The position numbers were made by a program, and so were the translations under genes. Under the pieces are notes generated by a model, which did not search any database, was not told where the DNA came from, and saw nothing but the letters and a program-made list of their open reading frames with translations. DNA of 63,985 nt, the filler included, from Stramenopiles sp. TOSAG23-3 (lineage: Eukaryota): assembly GCA_900128585.1 (NCBI GenBank). It is 11 parts of 11 records of this genome, joined end to end, with 100 filler letters (N's around TTAATTAATTAA, not from the genome) between each part and the next. Parts side by side here need not be neighbours in the genome. Positions count along the whole stretch, not along the records: positions 29,484 to 35,267 come from LT643437.1; positions 35,368 to 41,123 come from LT643438.1; positions 41,224 to 46,975 come from LT643439.1; 8 more parts are not named here. One strand, 5' to 3'. Every line of letters begins with the position of its first letter. Positions within the stretch are counted from its first letter, which is position 1. Below are positions 34,239 through 44,300 of the stretch, in pieces.

Positions 34239-34892
34239 ATGTGTACTTTGGCTACAACTGTTCTTACGATTTTTATCGTTTTCAGTTTTTTGCAAGCTGC
34301 AGCCCTTGCATTTCGTTTTGAACTGAAAACTGGTATGACAAAATGTTTTTCAGAAGAAATAGCCAAGGATGCACTTGCCGTTGGCAAATACACAATTCCA
34401 GCAGGAGGTGACGTTGTTGACGCAGGGATATCGATTAAAGTCAGTGGACCTACGCCGTTGTCCGTCGGTGCATCAAAGACACATTTTAAGAAGAAAAGGG
34501 CACAAGTTGGTAAATTTGCATTTACCGCTGAAGAAACAGGAAGCCACCACGCGTGTTTCTCCAATCATGGCCAAGTCACCACGCGCATTGCTTTTGATTT
34601 AAAAGTTGGTGTTGCAGCCAAGGATTATTCTGAAGTCGCTAAAAAGGAACATCTTGAACCGCTTCAAGTGGAGTTAAAGCGACTGGAAGATTCAGCACGT
34701 GAGATCCACGAGGAACAATTATTTATGAGACAACGCGAGGAGGAGATGAGGGACACAAATGAATCGACTAACAATCGTTTGAAATGGTTTTCAACATCCA
34801 CTATAATTATCCTGTCAGTATTGGGTGGATGGCAGATTGTTTACCTAAGGTCGTATTTCCAAGCAAAGAAACTGCCTGGTAATTGGCACTAG
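34239..34892 (+). CDS. p24/emp24/gp25L GOLD-domain cargo receptor (p24-delta, TMED10-like)
   Basis: Signal peptide, KCFSEEI, GKFAFTA..G.H.ACF, AKDYSEVAKKEHLEPLQVELKRLE, REEEMRDTNESTN, TM, YLRSYFQAKKL. Confidence 0.94.
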   Translation: MCTLATTVLTIFIVFSFLQAAALAFRFELKTGMTKCFSEEIAKDALAVGKYTIPAGGDVVDAGISIKVSGPTPLSVGASKTHFKKKRAQVGKFAFTAEETGSHHACFSNHGQVTTRIAFDLKVGVAAKDYSEVAKKEHLEPLQVELKRLEDSAREIHEEQLFMRQREEEMRDTNESTNNRLKWFSTSTIIILSVLGGWQIVYLRSYFQAKKLPGNWH

Positions 34893-35013
34893 CTCCTTTA
34901 TAATTCGAAATACGCAAGTATTACGTTGTATGCAGTTAATGGACGAAAGTGATGTCAAGTTATAAAGTAAACTTATATGATAATTTGTTTTTTCATAAAC
35001 CGAAAAGGTTTTT

Positions 35014-35267
35014 ATGATAGTCAAGACTAAGTGACAAGGGTATAAAACAACAAAAAATTGGCTGTTATTGATTACTAAAATCACAACATTTGAGATCAGT
35101 TCAGTTCGCAGTACATGAAGGAATGTAAACCTCTAATGGACAAATATTGTGTAGATTCATTTTCGAGGTATAAGAGGAAGCTAAAAATTTAATTACTTTA
35201 AATAACAGCCAAACGACCCTCCCCCGACATCTCAACCCACAGATAACAACCCCTTGACCGATTTACA
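35014..35267. repeat. Repeat family B copy running off contig end
   Basis: ATGATAGTCAAGACTAAGTGACAAGGG, CAGTTCGCAGTACATGAAGGAATGTAAACCTC and AAACGACCCTCCCCCGACAT...CCCTTGACCGATTTACA all match 14700-15300. Confidence 0.9.
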
Positions 35268-35367
35268 NNNNNNNNNNNNNNNNNNNNNNNNNNNNNNNNN
35301 NNNNNNNNNNNTTAATTAATTAANNNNNNNNNNNNNNNNNNNNNNNNNNNNNNNNNNNNNNNNNNNN
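35268..35367. other. Artificial contig-joining spacer
   Basis: N44-TTAATTAATTAA-N44. Confidence 0.99.
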
Positions 35368-35880
35368 AAGAAGAAGAAGAAGAAGAAAAAGAAGAAGAAG
35401 AAGAAAGAAGAAGAAAGAAGAAGAAGTCGGACGGAGGATCGAGGTGATGGAGTTCATCCTTGTACTTTTATAATAAATATCCTATTAAAAATAATACAAC
35501 AATATAGAATTATAAATTATTATACTTTTTTTATTATACTAAAACAAAACAATAAACAAAAATCCAAAACAATTCATTACAACTACAATTATTATCTATT
35601 AATACACTACAAACCTAACCCTAATAATAAACATTAGTTGAAGATCGAAGAAGCAAAAAAGAAAGAAGAAGAAGAAGAAGAAAGAAGAACAACAACCACC
35701 ACCCACGACGACGCGGAGATCTTCCCTCTCCTCTTTGTACTGAAAAATTGGTTGGATGGTGGAATTCAAACTTCTCAAGACGACTGTGTCTTGATATAAT
35801 CATTTAATAAAATATGAAATAATAAGTTGTGTCGATGTATATCATCTTCCATTCGCGGTCGTATTAAATAAACTACTACC

Positions 35881-37629
35881 ATGGCGGGCAAGGAGAACAA
35901 ACTAGTAAGCCTGAGGAAGGTCATTGCAGAGTCGTTGAAGTCGCAAGGTGTCGAGTACGTATTTGGCGTCGTGGGGTATCCTATCATAGAGCTTGGGTTC
36001 GCTTGCCAAAGGGCTGGGCTAAAGTATGTGGGCATGCGCAATGAGCAGAGTGCTTCGTACGCCGCGGCGGCGATTGGGTATCTGACGGGGCGCCCTGGGG
36101 CCTGCCTTGTAGTGCCCGGTCCAGGGGTGGTTCATGCTCTGGCTGGCCTTGCCAACGCTTCCTCGAACGGTTGGCCGTGCATCTGCATAGCTGGTTCCTC
36201 GGAAGTGTCTCAAGACGGACTAGGGGCGTTCCAGGAAAGCTTACCGCCCCAGGGTGGAGCACAGCTCCAGCTGCAGTATGCGGCGTCGGGAATGTGCAAA
36301 TACGCGGCAAAAGTCACCAAGGCTGAACGGACGCCTTTCTACATAGAGCAGGCTGTTCGTTACGCAATCAACGGTCGACCAGGAGGCGCTTACATTGAAA
36401 TTGCAGGAGACACGCTTCGGGAGAAGGTGGGGGGCGTACAGTACCCACCGAAATGCCTGGACCCACCCATGGTCTTTGCCAATCCTGCCGACGTTGACCG
36501 GGCCATGGCAGTGTTGGCCAACGCGACGAGTCCACTAATCATTGTTGGAAAGGGGGCTGCCTACGCCGGTGCAGGGAGGGAATTGTTAACGATTGTTGAG
36601 CAAACGAAAATCCCGTTTTTGCCCACTCCAATGGGAAAAGGCTGCCTTCCAGATGACCACCCGCTCTGTATGTCGTCCGCGCGCTCGTATGCTTTGAAGC
36701 ACGCGGATGCCATTTTGCTGGTTGGTGCTCGGCTCAACTGGATTCTGCACTACGGGCGCTCACCACGGTACCGCAATGGCGTCAAGTTTATCCACATAGA
36801 ACTACTCCCGGAAGAAGTCGGGGCTTCTGTCCGCCCAGAAGTGGCCCTTGTGGGTGACGCGAAAGCAATTCTTTCGCAGGTTTTGGACCGGCTTCCCAAG
36901 AGCAACATTGCAGTCTCCCCAGAAACGGCATGGATGCGGGGGTTAAGAGAGAAGAGTATGAAGAGTCGTGCACTCTTCGAAGAATTAAGTAGTAATCGCT
37001 CGAAACCACTGAATTACTACTGCGCTCTGGGCATCATTGACAAGTACATCCCCAGGGATGCCACAGTCATGAATGAAGGGAGCGATACCATGGACATTGG
37101 TCGGACCGTGCTGAATAACTACTCCCCTCGATCGCGTTTAGATGCAGGAACGTGGGGGACGATGGGCGTAGGCATGGGCCAAGCCATCGCAGCCGCCCTG
37201 GTAAACCCTGATCCTGGATGTTTAGCGGTGTTCGGGGACAGCGCGTTTGGGTTTAGTGGAATGGAATTCGAGACAATTTGCCGTTTGCAGCTACCAGTTG
37301 TATGTATCATTCTGAACAACAACGGCATAGGCGCAGGGAATCCAACCAAATGGACAAACTTGAAAGGGCAGGAATTGGCGGGACGTTCGACTCTCGAACG
37401 GCTCAGTTACCCGTCGAAAAGCTTGACACCAAGCGCCCGGTACGAAAAAGTTGCAAATGCATTTGGTGCTACGGGTGTTTACGTTGATACTGCTGATGGG
37501 TTGGAAGACGCCATTAGAAAAGCCATGTCAGTTCGACCCTTTGTTCCTCAAATAATAAATTGTCAAATTTCAACAACTGCAAGTCGAGGGAAAAAGTCTG
37601 CACCACCTTGGGCCGCCGCTAAACTCTAA
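35881..37629 (+). CDS. HACL1: 2-hydroxyacyl-CoA lyase (TPP-dependent, peroxisomal)
   Basis: YVGMRNEQSASYAAAAIGYLTGRPG, GARLNWILHYG, RLDAGTWGTMGVG, TPP motif GDSAFGFSGME...NNNGI; C-terminal AKL is a PTS1. Confidence 0.9.
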   Translation: MAGKENKLVSLRKVIAESLKSQGVEYVFGVVGYPIIELGFACQRAGLKYVGMRNEQSASYAAAAIGYLTGRPGACLVVPGPGVVHALAGLANASSNGWPCICIAGSSEVSQDGLGAFQESLPPQGGAQLQLQYAASGMCKYAAKVTKAERTPFYIEQAVRYAINGRPGGAYIEIAGDTLREKVGGVQYPPKCLDPPMVFANPADVDRAMAVLANATSPLIIVGKGAAYAGAGRELLTIVEQTKIPFLPTPMGKGCLPDDHPLCMSSARSYALKHADAILLVGARLNWILHYGRSPRYRNGVKFIHIELLPEEVGASVRPEVALVGDAKAILSQVLDRLPKSNIAVSPETAWMRGLREKSMKSRALFEELSSNRSKPLNYYCALGIIDKYIPRDATVMNEGSDTMDIGRTVLNNYSPRSRLDAGTWGTMGVGMGQAIAAALVNPDPGCLAVFGDSAFGFSGMEFETICRLQLPVVCIILNNNGIGAGNPTKWTNLKGQELAGRSTLERLSYPSKSLTPSARYEKVANAFGATGVYVDTADGLEDAIRKAMSVRPFVPQIINCQISTTASRGKKSAPPWAAAKL

Positions 37630-38139
37630 TTCATCTCTCCTATCTAATCAAAGTACAAATAATTGTATATAATACCATATTGAAGTTTGTAGCCTCTTTC
37701 AACGAATAAATAAAAGCATCCTTTTATATAGGAAGATTCAGTATAGAACAAAAAAACAACAAAAATGACATGACACTCTATTACAATTGATTCTTTCGCT
37801 ATCAATACATAATTGTATTCTACACATAGGTCAATGATATACTAGCATTAAATAAATTATTATTTTATATTTAGAGCTTACTTCTACTACGACGACTACC
37901 AGTACTACGACTACTACTACGAGAAAATCCAGTACTTCTTGCAAAAATGTGCCCCGAGGAGATTTTTTGTGAAAACGTAATACATATAAAACACTCAGAA
38001 GAACGTGGAAACAATGATAATTGAAACGCAAGAAATGCACGCCGTAACACTTTGTGGCTAAAATATTACAGTCCTTTTTGTTTGAATAGTAAACGCGTTT
38101 GCAGCAGTCGGTTATGAGAGAACGTAGTCCGTCGAAAGA

Positions 38140-39750
38140 ATGATCAAGCGGCGAAGACGACGGAAGGGGTTGACCGAACCACCTGCGGCCTTTCGGGGGA
38201 GACGGCCGAAGCGAAAGGCCAAGGGGAAGAATAAACGGAAGCCGAGGATGTCTCGGAGTCTCCCAGCGTTGGTGCAGGCGAAATCGGGAATCCGAGAGTT
38301 GCTTTTGACAGAGCTGGAAAACGAGCAGAAAATTGAAGGGGAACGGGAAGCGTTCATCGGAAGCGAATATTGGTTTATGCTCGAGGAGTCAGAGCGGGCA
38401 ACAGTTAAGCGAAATTTTCGGCATGAGCGTAAACAAGCCAACAACCGAATAGCAAATTTGCTACAGAGTTATCACCCTTCGTACGTAAAATCGAGCAATA
38501 GTGTCGCGGGCGTTGATCACGTAGGGACCTTCGGCCTCCAAGCAATGGTGGCCCAGAGCCTACACGAAAGTCCCCTTGCCAAAAGAAATAGCGTCCGTAT
38601 TAAACGGCAGAATAACAACAGCCCGAGCAAGTATGCGAAAGACGGAGTGTTGACGTACTTGAAGTTTGAATCGAACCCTGAGGATGACGAAGCGATATAT
38701 GGGACACCTGTTCACAGCAATCCCCAGCACGACGATTACGTAAACGAAGATGTCGGAGAGTGGACCATGGATGCCGCCGCACAACCCCCGCCGTGCTCTG
38801 ATTTTGAAGCGGAGGTGCACCTCCCAACCCCGGCGTTAGAGCCGACCGACCCGTCCCTGCTGCGTGGCTATGACTTTTTACAAAACGAACACTGTGTCGT
38901 GCAGTCGTTTGGAACCCCGAATATTGGGAGAACGCCGGACGCTCCGAGCAACGCGTCGTACCGCCAACCTGAACGTCGGAAAAAGGGCAGAAGGCGGAGG
39001 GGCAGAAAGCACTCAAAGGAGCGGGGGAACAATAGCGGGCGGTACCCTCGAATTGAGGATCCAACTAGGAACAGGAAATTAAAGAGAAGAGGACGGCGGC
39101 AAAACAGTTTTTCCACGCAAGCGATGGTCCCTTCACCCGTGAAAATATCGAGTCGATTGTACCCTGGGCACAAGAAGAAGAAGAAAAGGCATTACGAACC
39201 GGCGGACGAGTTTTTTTCCGACCACCCTTTTACCAAGAAGGCGTCGATGGGGCAACGGCTCACGCGCTTTCAGTACAAGGAGGCCAAGGAGTGGAACTTT
39301 CCTCCCGGGTACAAACAGCCGTGGAAGAAGAAGGCCACGAAAGAGAACCCTTACCCAAAGCCGGAGCCCGTGACAGGGCATGATTTTGACTATTACGGCG
39401 TAAAGAACCACGGCGGGATCAACGCCCCAGTGTTCACCTTAAAACCAAAGAAAAAGTCCGTCTTGCCGCTGGAACACTTGGGAAACGAGATCGAGGGTCG
39501 CAACATTCTCGACCGATTGCAGGGGGAGCAGCTCGTTGAACACATCGGGGATCTGCCTGAGGAAGACCCGTATGATATTTCAGCAGGGGTTTTGAGCAAA
39601 GCCGATGAAAACAAGAAGCGGATAAGAGAGCTAAGGGAGCAGTTAAGGTTAGCGAAGGAAGAGCTTGAAACAATCAACCGGGAGGAACAGGGCTTGATCG
39701 ACCAATACGGTGGTGCTGACGCCGGCAAAGAGTCCGGCAATGGGCTTTAA
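38140..39750 (+). CDS. Hypothetical basic protein with C-terminal coiled coil
   Basis: 536-aa ORF with coding-like GC and several Arg/Lys clusters; no family recognised. Confidence 0.7.
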   Translation: MIKRRRRRKGLTEPPAAFRGRRPKRKAKGKNKRKPRMSRSLPALVQAKSGIRELLLTELENEQKIEGEREAFIGSEYWFMLEESERATVKRNFRHERKQANNRIANLLQSYHPSYVKSSNSVAGVDHVGTFGLQAMVAQSLHESPLAKRNSVRIKRQNNNSPSKYAKDGVLTYLKFESNPEDDEAIYGTPVHSNPQHDDYVNEDVGEWTMDAAAQPPPCSDFEAEVHLPTPALEPTDPSLLRGYDFLQNEHCVVQSFGTPNIGRTPDAPSNASYRQPERRKKGRRRRGRKHSKERGNNSGRYPRIEDPTRNRKLKRRGRRQNSFSTQAMVPSPVKISSRLYPGHKKKKKRHYEPADEFFSDHPFTKKASMGQRLTRFQYKEAKEWNFPPGYKQPWKKKATKENPYPKPEPVTGHDFDYYGVKNHGGINAPVFTLKPKKKSVLPLEHLGNEIEGRNILDRLQGEQLVEHIGDLPEEDPYDISAGVLSKADENKKRIRELREQLRLAKEELETINREEQGLIDQYGGADAGKESGNGL

Positions 39751-39880
39751 TATACTTTATGTAGTTTACGAGTAATTTTTAAGCGAACGTATTACGAGTA
39801 AGAACAGGCCATCCGCCAAGTTAACCACAGCGGAATTTTATGTACAACTATATATATATATACAACGTTTGCGGTCAATC

Positions 39881-40182
39881 CTGCAAACGGTGGGAGAAAT
39901 CAGAAAAGTGCGGTGTTAGTAATGCGCGTGTCAGCGGAGGTTAGCAAGAATACGAAGAGCCCGGAGCAAATTAAAAGAAGCCGCAGCAGCGTGTTCGAAT
40001 TATCACAGGTGCTCAGAAAATTCGCCAAGTATGTGGTTTATCTCCTCATGGATTGTACATTTTGTACATTCAGTAACAGAATGAAATAGGTTTTCTTCAC
40101 GGCACATTTCGAGACACTGTTGCAGCACAAAAGAATAGAAAAGGACGGACACGTCTATGAATACTACTATCCAACTACTTAC
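39881..40182 (-). other. Spliceosomal intron (302 nt) in an apparently non-coding host transcript
   Basis: Minus strand: donor GTAAGT at 40182, branch TACTAAC at 39921-39915, pyrimidine tract, TTGCAG ending at 39881. Confidence 0.65.
40009..40105 (-). ncRNA. Box C/D snoRNA candidate (97 nt), intronic
   Basis: Minus strand GTGC-C-GTGAAGA (C box)...CTGA (D')-hairpin TGTACA-AAA-TGTACA-ATGAGGA (C')...TTTT-CTGA (D)-GCAC. The terminal stem and kink-turn spacing are canonical. Confidence 0.7.
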
Positions 40183-40404
40183 CGTGCTAACTGGCATCGG
40201 TTTCTCTACACATGGTTCACGTACTTGTTACATATACAATTATATCTATACAGCAAGTTTCGTGTTAGACTTGATTATCAGAGTGTGAATTCTAGACAAC
40301 ATTATGAAAATTATAGACGCGTAGAAGTGTTTAGCTGAAGAAGCGAGAAAGAGATGATGATTGTTGTTCGGTGGGTGGTGGAGGATCATTTTGGTTGTTT
40401 CTTC

Positions 40405-40560
40405 CTTCTCTCTTTCTTCTTTCTTCTTCTTCTTCTTCTTCTTCTTCTTTCTTCATCATCCATTGTTTGTTTTTCTTTTTTTTGGTGGTGGTTGTTCTTG
40501 TTGTGTTCTTGTTGTTGTTGTTGTTATTAAGAAGAAGAAGAAGAAAAAAAGAAGAAGAGA
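40405..40560. repeat. Compound trinucleotide microsatellites (CTT/GTT/AAG)
   Basis: Visible (TTC)n, (TTG)n and (AAG)n runs; similar tracts at 20450-20510 and 35368-35425. Confidence 0.85.
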
Positions 40561-41123
40561 TGTGATGATATGAGAAGAAGAAGATGATTTTTTTTTTTTT
40601 TCAGTGGTGGTGGGGGATGGCGGATGGATGGTTTTGTTTTTTTGATCATGAGATACCAAGTACTGTAGTATGAGAAGATGAGAAGTGAGAAGATAAAATA
40701 ATAATAAATAAATAATATCGAATGAAAGAACCTTCATTCTACCTCTACTACAAGATATAGCACATAACGCACCATCCAACCCTTCTAACCCTATCATTTT
40801 GCAGAAAATGCAGTCCTTTCTTATTTACATCACATAGCACTCATAACCCTGAACCTAACCACATGAAAATGCAGAAAATGCAGTACATAATTAAATTAGG
40901 GTTATCTGGTTACATTGCATAGCATCTCATACATACCCCCTCTTTGTAACCCTCTCTCTAACCCAGAGTTTATTGTTTTTATTTCAGCGCATTATCATTT
41001 TATTAGTAAATTATTTTATTATTATTATTATTCTTCACACCACACACCACCAACCTCCTTACTCCACAATAAAAAATAATATTATAATTATTATAAGCAC
41101 CACAGAGCAAACGAAACGGAAGA

Positions 41124-41223
41124 NNNNNNNNNNNNNNNNNNNNNNNNNNNNNNNNNNNNNNNNNNNNTTAATTAATTAANNNNNNNNNNNNNNNNNNNNN
41201 NNNNNNNNNNNNNNNNNNNNNNN
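41124..41223. other. Artificial contig-joining spacer
   Basis: N44-TTAATTAATTAA-N44. Confidence 0.99.
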
Positions 41224-41362
41224 AGCGTATGATAATAATCAAATAGTAAACAGAAGAAAGCATCGTCGAAATCTACAAGTAGAATATTATAGCCATTCTC
41301 CCCACACTACTATCTCGTTAGTAGTACTCCCTCCCCCCCCCACTCCTTTATTATAAAAAAAT

Positions 41363-44300
41363 TCACTTCTTCTTGAAAAACAAAAATTGACCATCGCATG
41401 ACATCTTCTTGTGCATTTGGAGCAATGGCTCGAACTTTGGTGTTTGTGTGTGATCTTTCTGGTCCGCGGCTTCAAACACGCTCTTCGAAGCGTAGGTGAA
41501 CATTTGGTTGGCAGAGATGTACGGCACTGCGGGTGAAAACGCGTTCCCATTCAACGCGTCCACAATCGATTGAGTGAACAGCCCGTGACCGTTCGCCTCC
41601 ATCGCCTCCTGCGCTTCGGTGACCGCGGTCATGCCGTACACTGCCGGCGAACCCATAAGCGCTTTTTCGTATTTCGTCGGTTTCCCACGCGTTCCTGCAA
41701 ACAATCCGCCCGCGTGGCAACAGTCCAACACGAACAGTTGGTGAGAACAGTCAAGGCGCCCAGACAAGCTTTTCAGGGATTTCAATTCAATGCACGTTCC
41801 TTCTAAATCTTCCATGTCTGCGCCGTGGCAGCACATCCACGCCTCGTCGTCTTCCAAGTACCCGTGGCTGGCAAGAAAAAATACGAATCGCGCCCTCTTT
41901 TTCCCTTTTAACTTTTTTTTCGCGCTGCCCATTAGCGCCTTTACGCTTGCCATCGTTGCGTCACTGTTCAACAACTCCTCCAACACGGTAAACCCACGGC
42001 TTTCCAACGTTTCGCGCATCATCTTGGCATCCGCCACGGCGCAACGTAAATTCTTGAACCCAACCTCTACGCCGGCACTTTCGTAATCGTCAATAGCGAC
42101 GATCACAGCGTACGAACCGTCGGGGTAAAATTCGTCAGAACGTAAGTTTTCGGCTTCCTTCACCTTTGTTCCCGTACCGCGTGTGCCCACGGAGGACTCT
42201 CTCCGGATTACTTCATCTCTCGCTTTGCTGCTAAAGTACGGGTGGTTCAAAACGTCCCCCATCCCCTGCAACCGTTTCGCTGGATCGCCCCGCAAACATT
42301 TTCGGATCAGGTCTTTTGCGAATGCCTTGTCCAAGTTATCCTCGGGTACCTCTTGAAACACGAACGACAAGCGTTTGTTGTCGATCTCCGACCACCCCAT
42401 CAACTCTTTGGCCGATGAGGCTTCATAAATATTGTCATCGCTGGCGTCCATGTCCGAAAACAAGGAGCGCCCGGCGCACAGAAAGTACAGGACGCACCCG
42501 AAGCTCCAAACGTCGAACGTTGGTTTGGCCTCTTCCACAAGCTTTCGCTTCAAGAAAGAACCGAAGGATATTATCTTAATTCTTGCCGTTTCTTTGAGAG
42601 AGGGATGCTTGCGTGCACGATCGGGGCCCAGTGTATCTTCTTTCGGCGGTGGCTGAGGGAGAGCGGCGCTCTGCGACGGCGCCCCGCGAACGGAATTGAC
42701 GGATTCGCCGTTTCGTGTGAACAGAAGCTTTGCGAGCTCCGGAGGGGAGTACCCAGAAGAGTATTTGCGCCCGATCGGTTGGTTCATTAAGCCCGCCGCG
42801 TCCAAATCTATCAGCTTCCATGATTCATCAATACGAACAATGTTTCGTGGCTTTATGTCCCCATGAACCAGTCCGTTATCGTGCATGTGTCTCAGGGCAT
42901 TCGCGACGTCTTTTGCGACAAGGCGCGCTTTTTCAGGGTCGTACCCGGCAAACCGTTCGTCGGAGATGACACCGTGCAAGTTCCTGTCCGCGCAGGGCAT
43001 TACTAGGGCGAACTCATCTATGCCTGCATCGTTTTCCCACGAGGGTGCACCGATCGTCGCTTCGAACCCGGTCGCCTCTCGAAACGCACGCGTCGCTTCG
43101 TCGGTGAGAAACCCACCGTCCAAAACTTCGACCACGAAGTTTGGGTCGAGAGTGACAGAACTGCGCGAATTCAGTTCGCTCTCAAAATTTATTCGATCAC
43201 GGATGATTTTCAGGCAGACGCGGGCGTTGGACAATGTTTCGGACAATACGTCGGTCGCATAATACACTTCGCATGTTTTCGACCGGTAGATGGGCTGGAC
43301 AGGGTGGTCCATTTTGTACCGGTTGTACTTTGTGCCCAAGGAACGCGCCCACTGGCGAAGTAACGGCCAGGCCGTGTGGACGCAAATGTCTTTGCGGTCG
43401 GATTCTTTCTCGTCTTTCCACTCCGCGGGAATGAGGTGGAAGAGTTTTTTGGTCGCTTCCAAATGGGCCTGCTGAATCTCGTCGGCGTGGAGTTCTGCAT
43501 CGAACGGGGTTTCACTGAGGTAGTGGAGGAAGTTTTTCCCGCGGTACGTTTTGAGCGGGGAGAAACGTTCAACCAAGGCCAGGATGTGGTGAAACGCGCC
43601 TTTGTGAACGAGCCATTCGCAAGGGGGTTTGCTTTCTACAAGAAGGTCGTCGGGAACGGGAATCCACTCAATTTGTAAATAATAGGAAACAACATCAATT
43701 CCTACCATTTTTCGTATTTGATAGGTGATTAAATCTTCCAGATATTCTTCATTTGGTTTATTCGTTTGATGTGATCGATTTTCTGCTAAACATTTTGCAA
43801 TATGAGTATATCCTTCATCACTGATAAAGTTTTCAAATAGATCCAACTTAGTCAATGTTGTATTGATCTTTAATCCTTCACCTATGACTATAGCACCTTC
43901 ATCACTGATATTGTTGCCTCCTAGACCCAACCAAGTCAATGTTGTATTGATCTTTAATCCTTCACCTATGCCTATAGCACCTTCATCACTGATATTGTTG
44001 CCATATAGTTTCAACTTAGTCAATGTTGAATTGATCTTTAATCCTTCACCTATGCCTATAGCACCTTCAGCACTGATATTGTTGCTATTTAGTTTCAACT
44101 TAGTCAATGTTGTATTGATCTTTAATCCTTCACCTATGCCTATAGCACCTTCAGCACTGATATTGTTGTATTCTAGTTTCAACGAAGTCAATGTTGTATT
44201 GATCTTTAATCCTTCACCTATGCCTATAGCACCTTTATCACTGATCTCGTTGGTTCGTAGATCCAACTCAGTCAATGTTGTATTAAACATTAAACCAATA

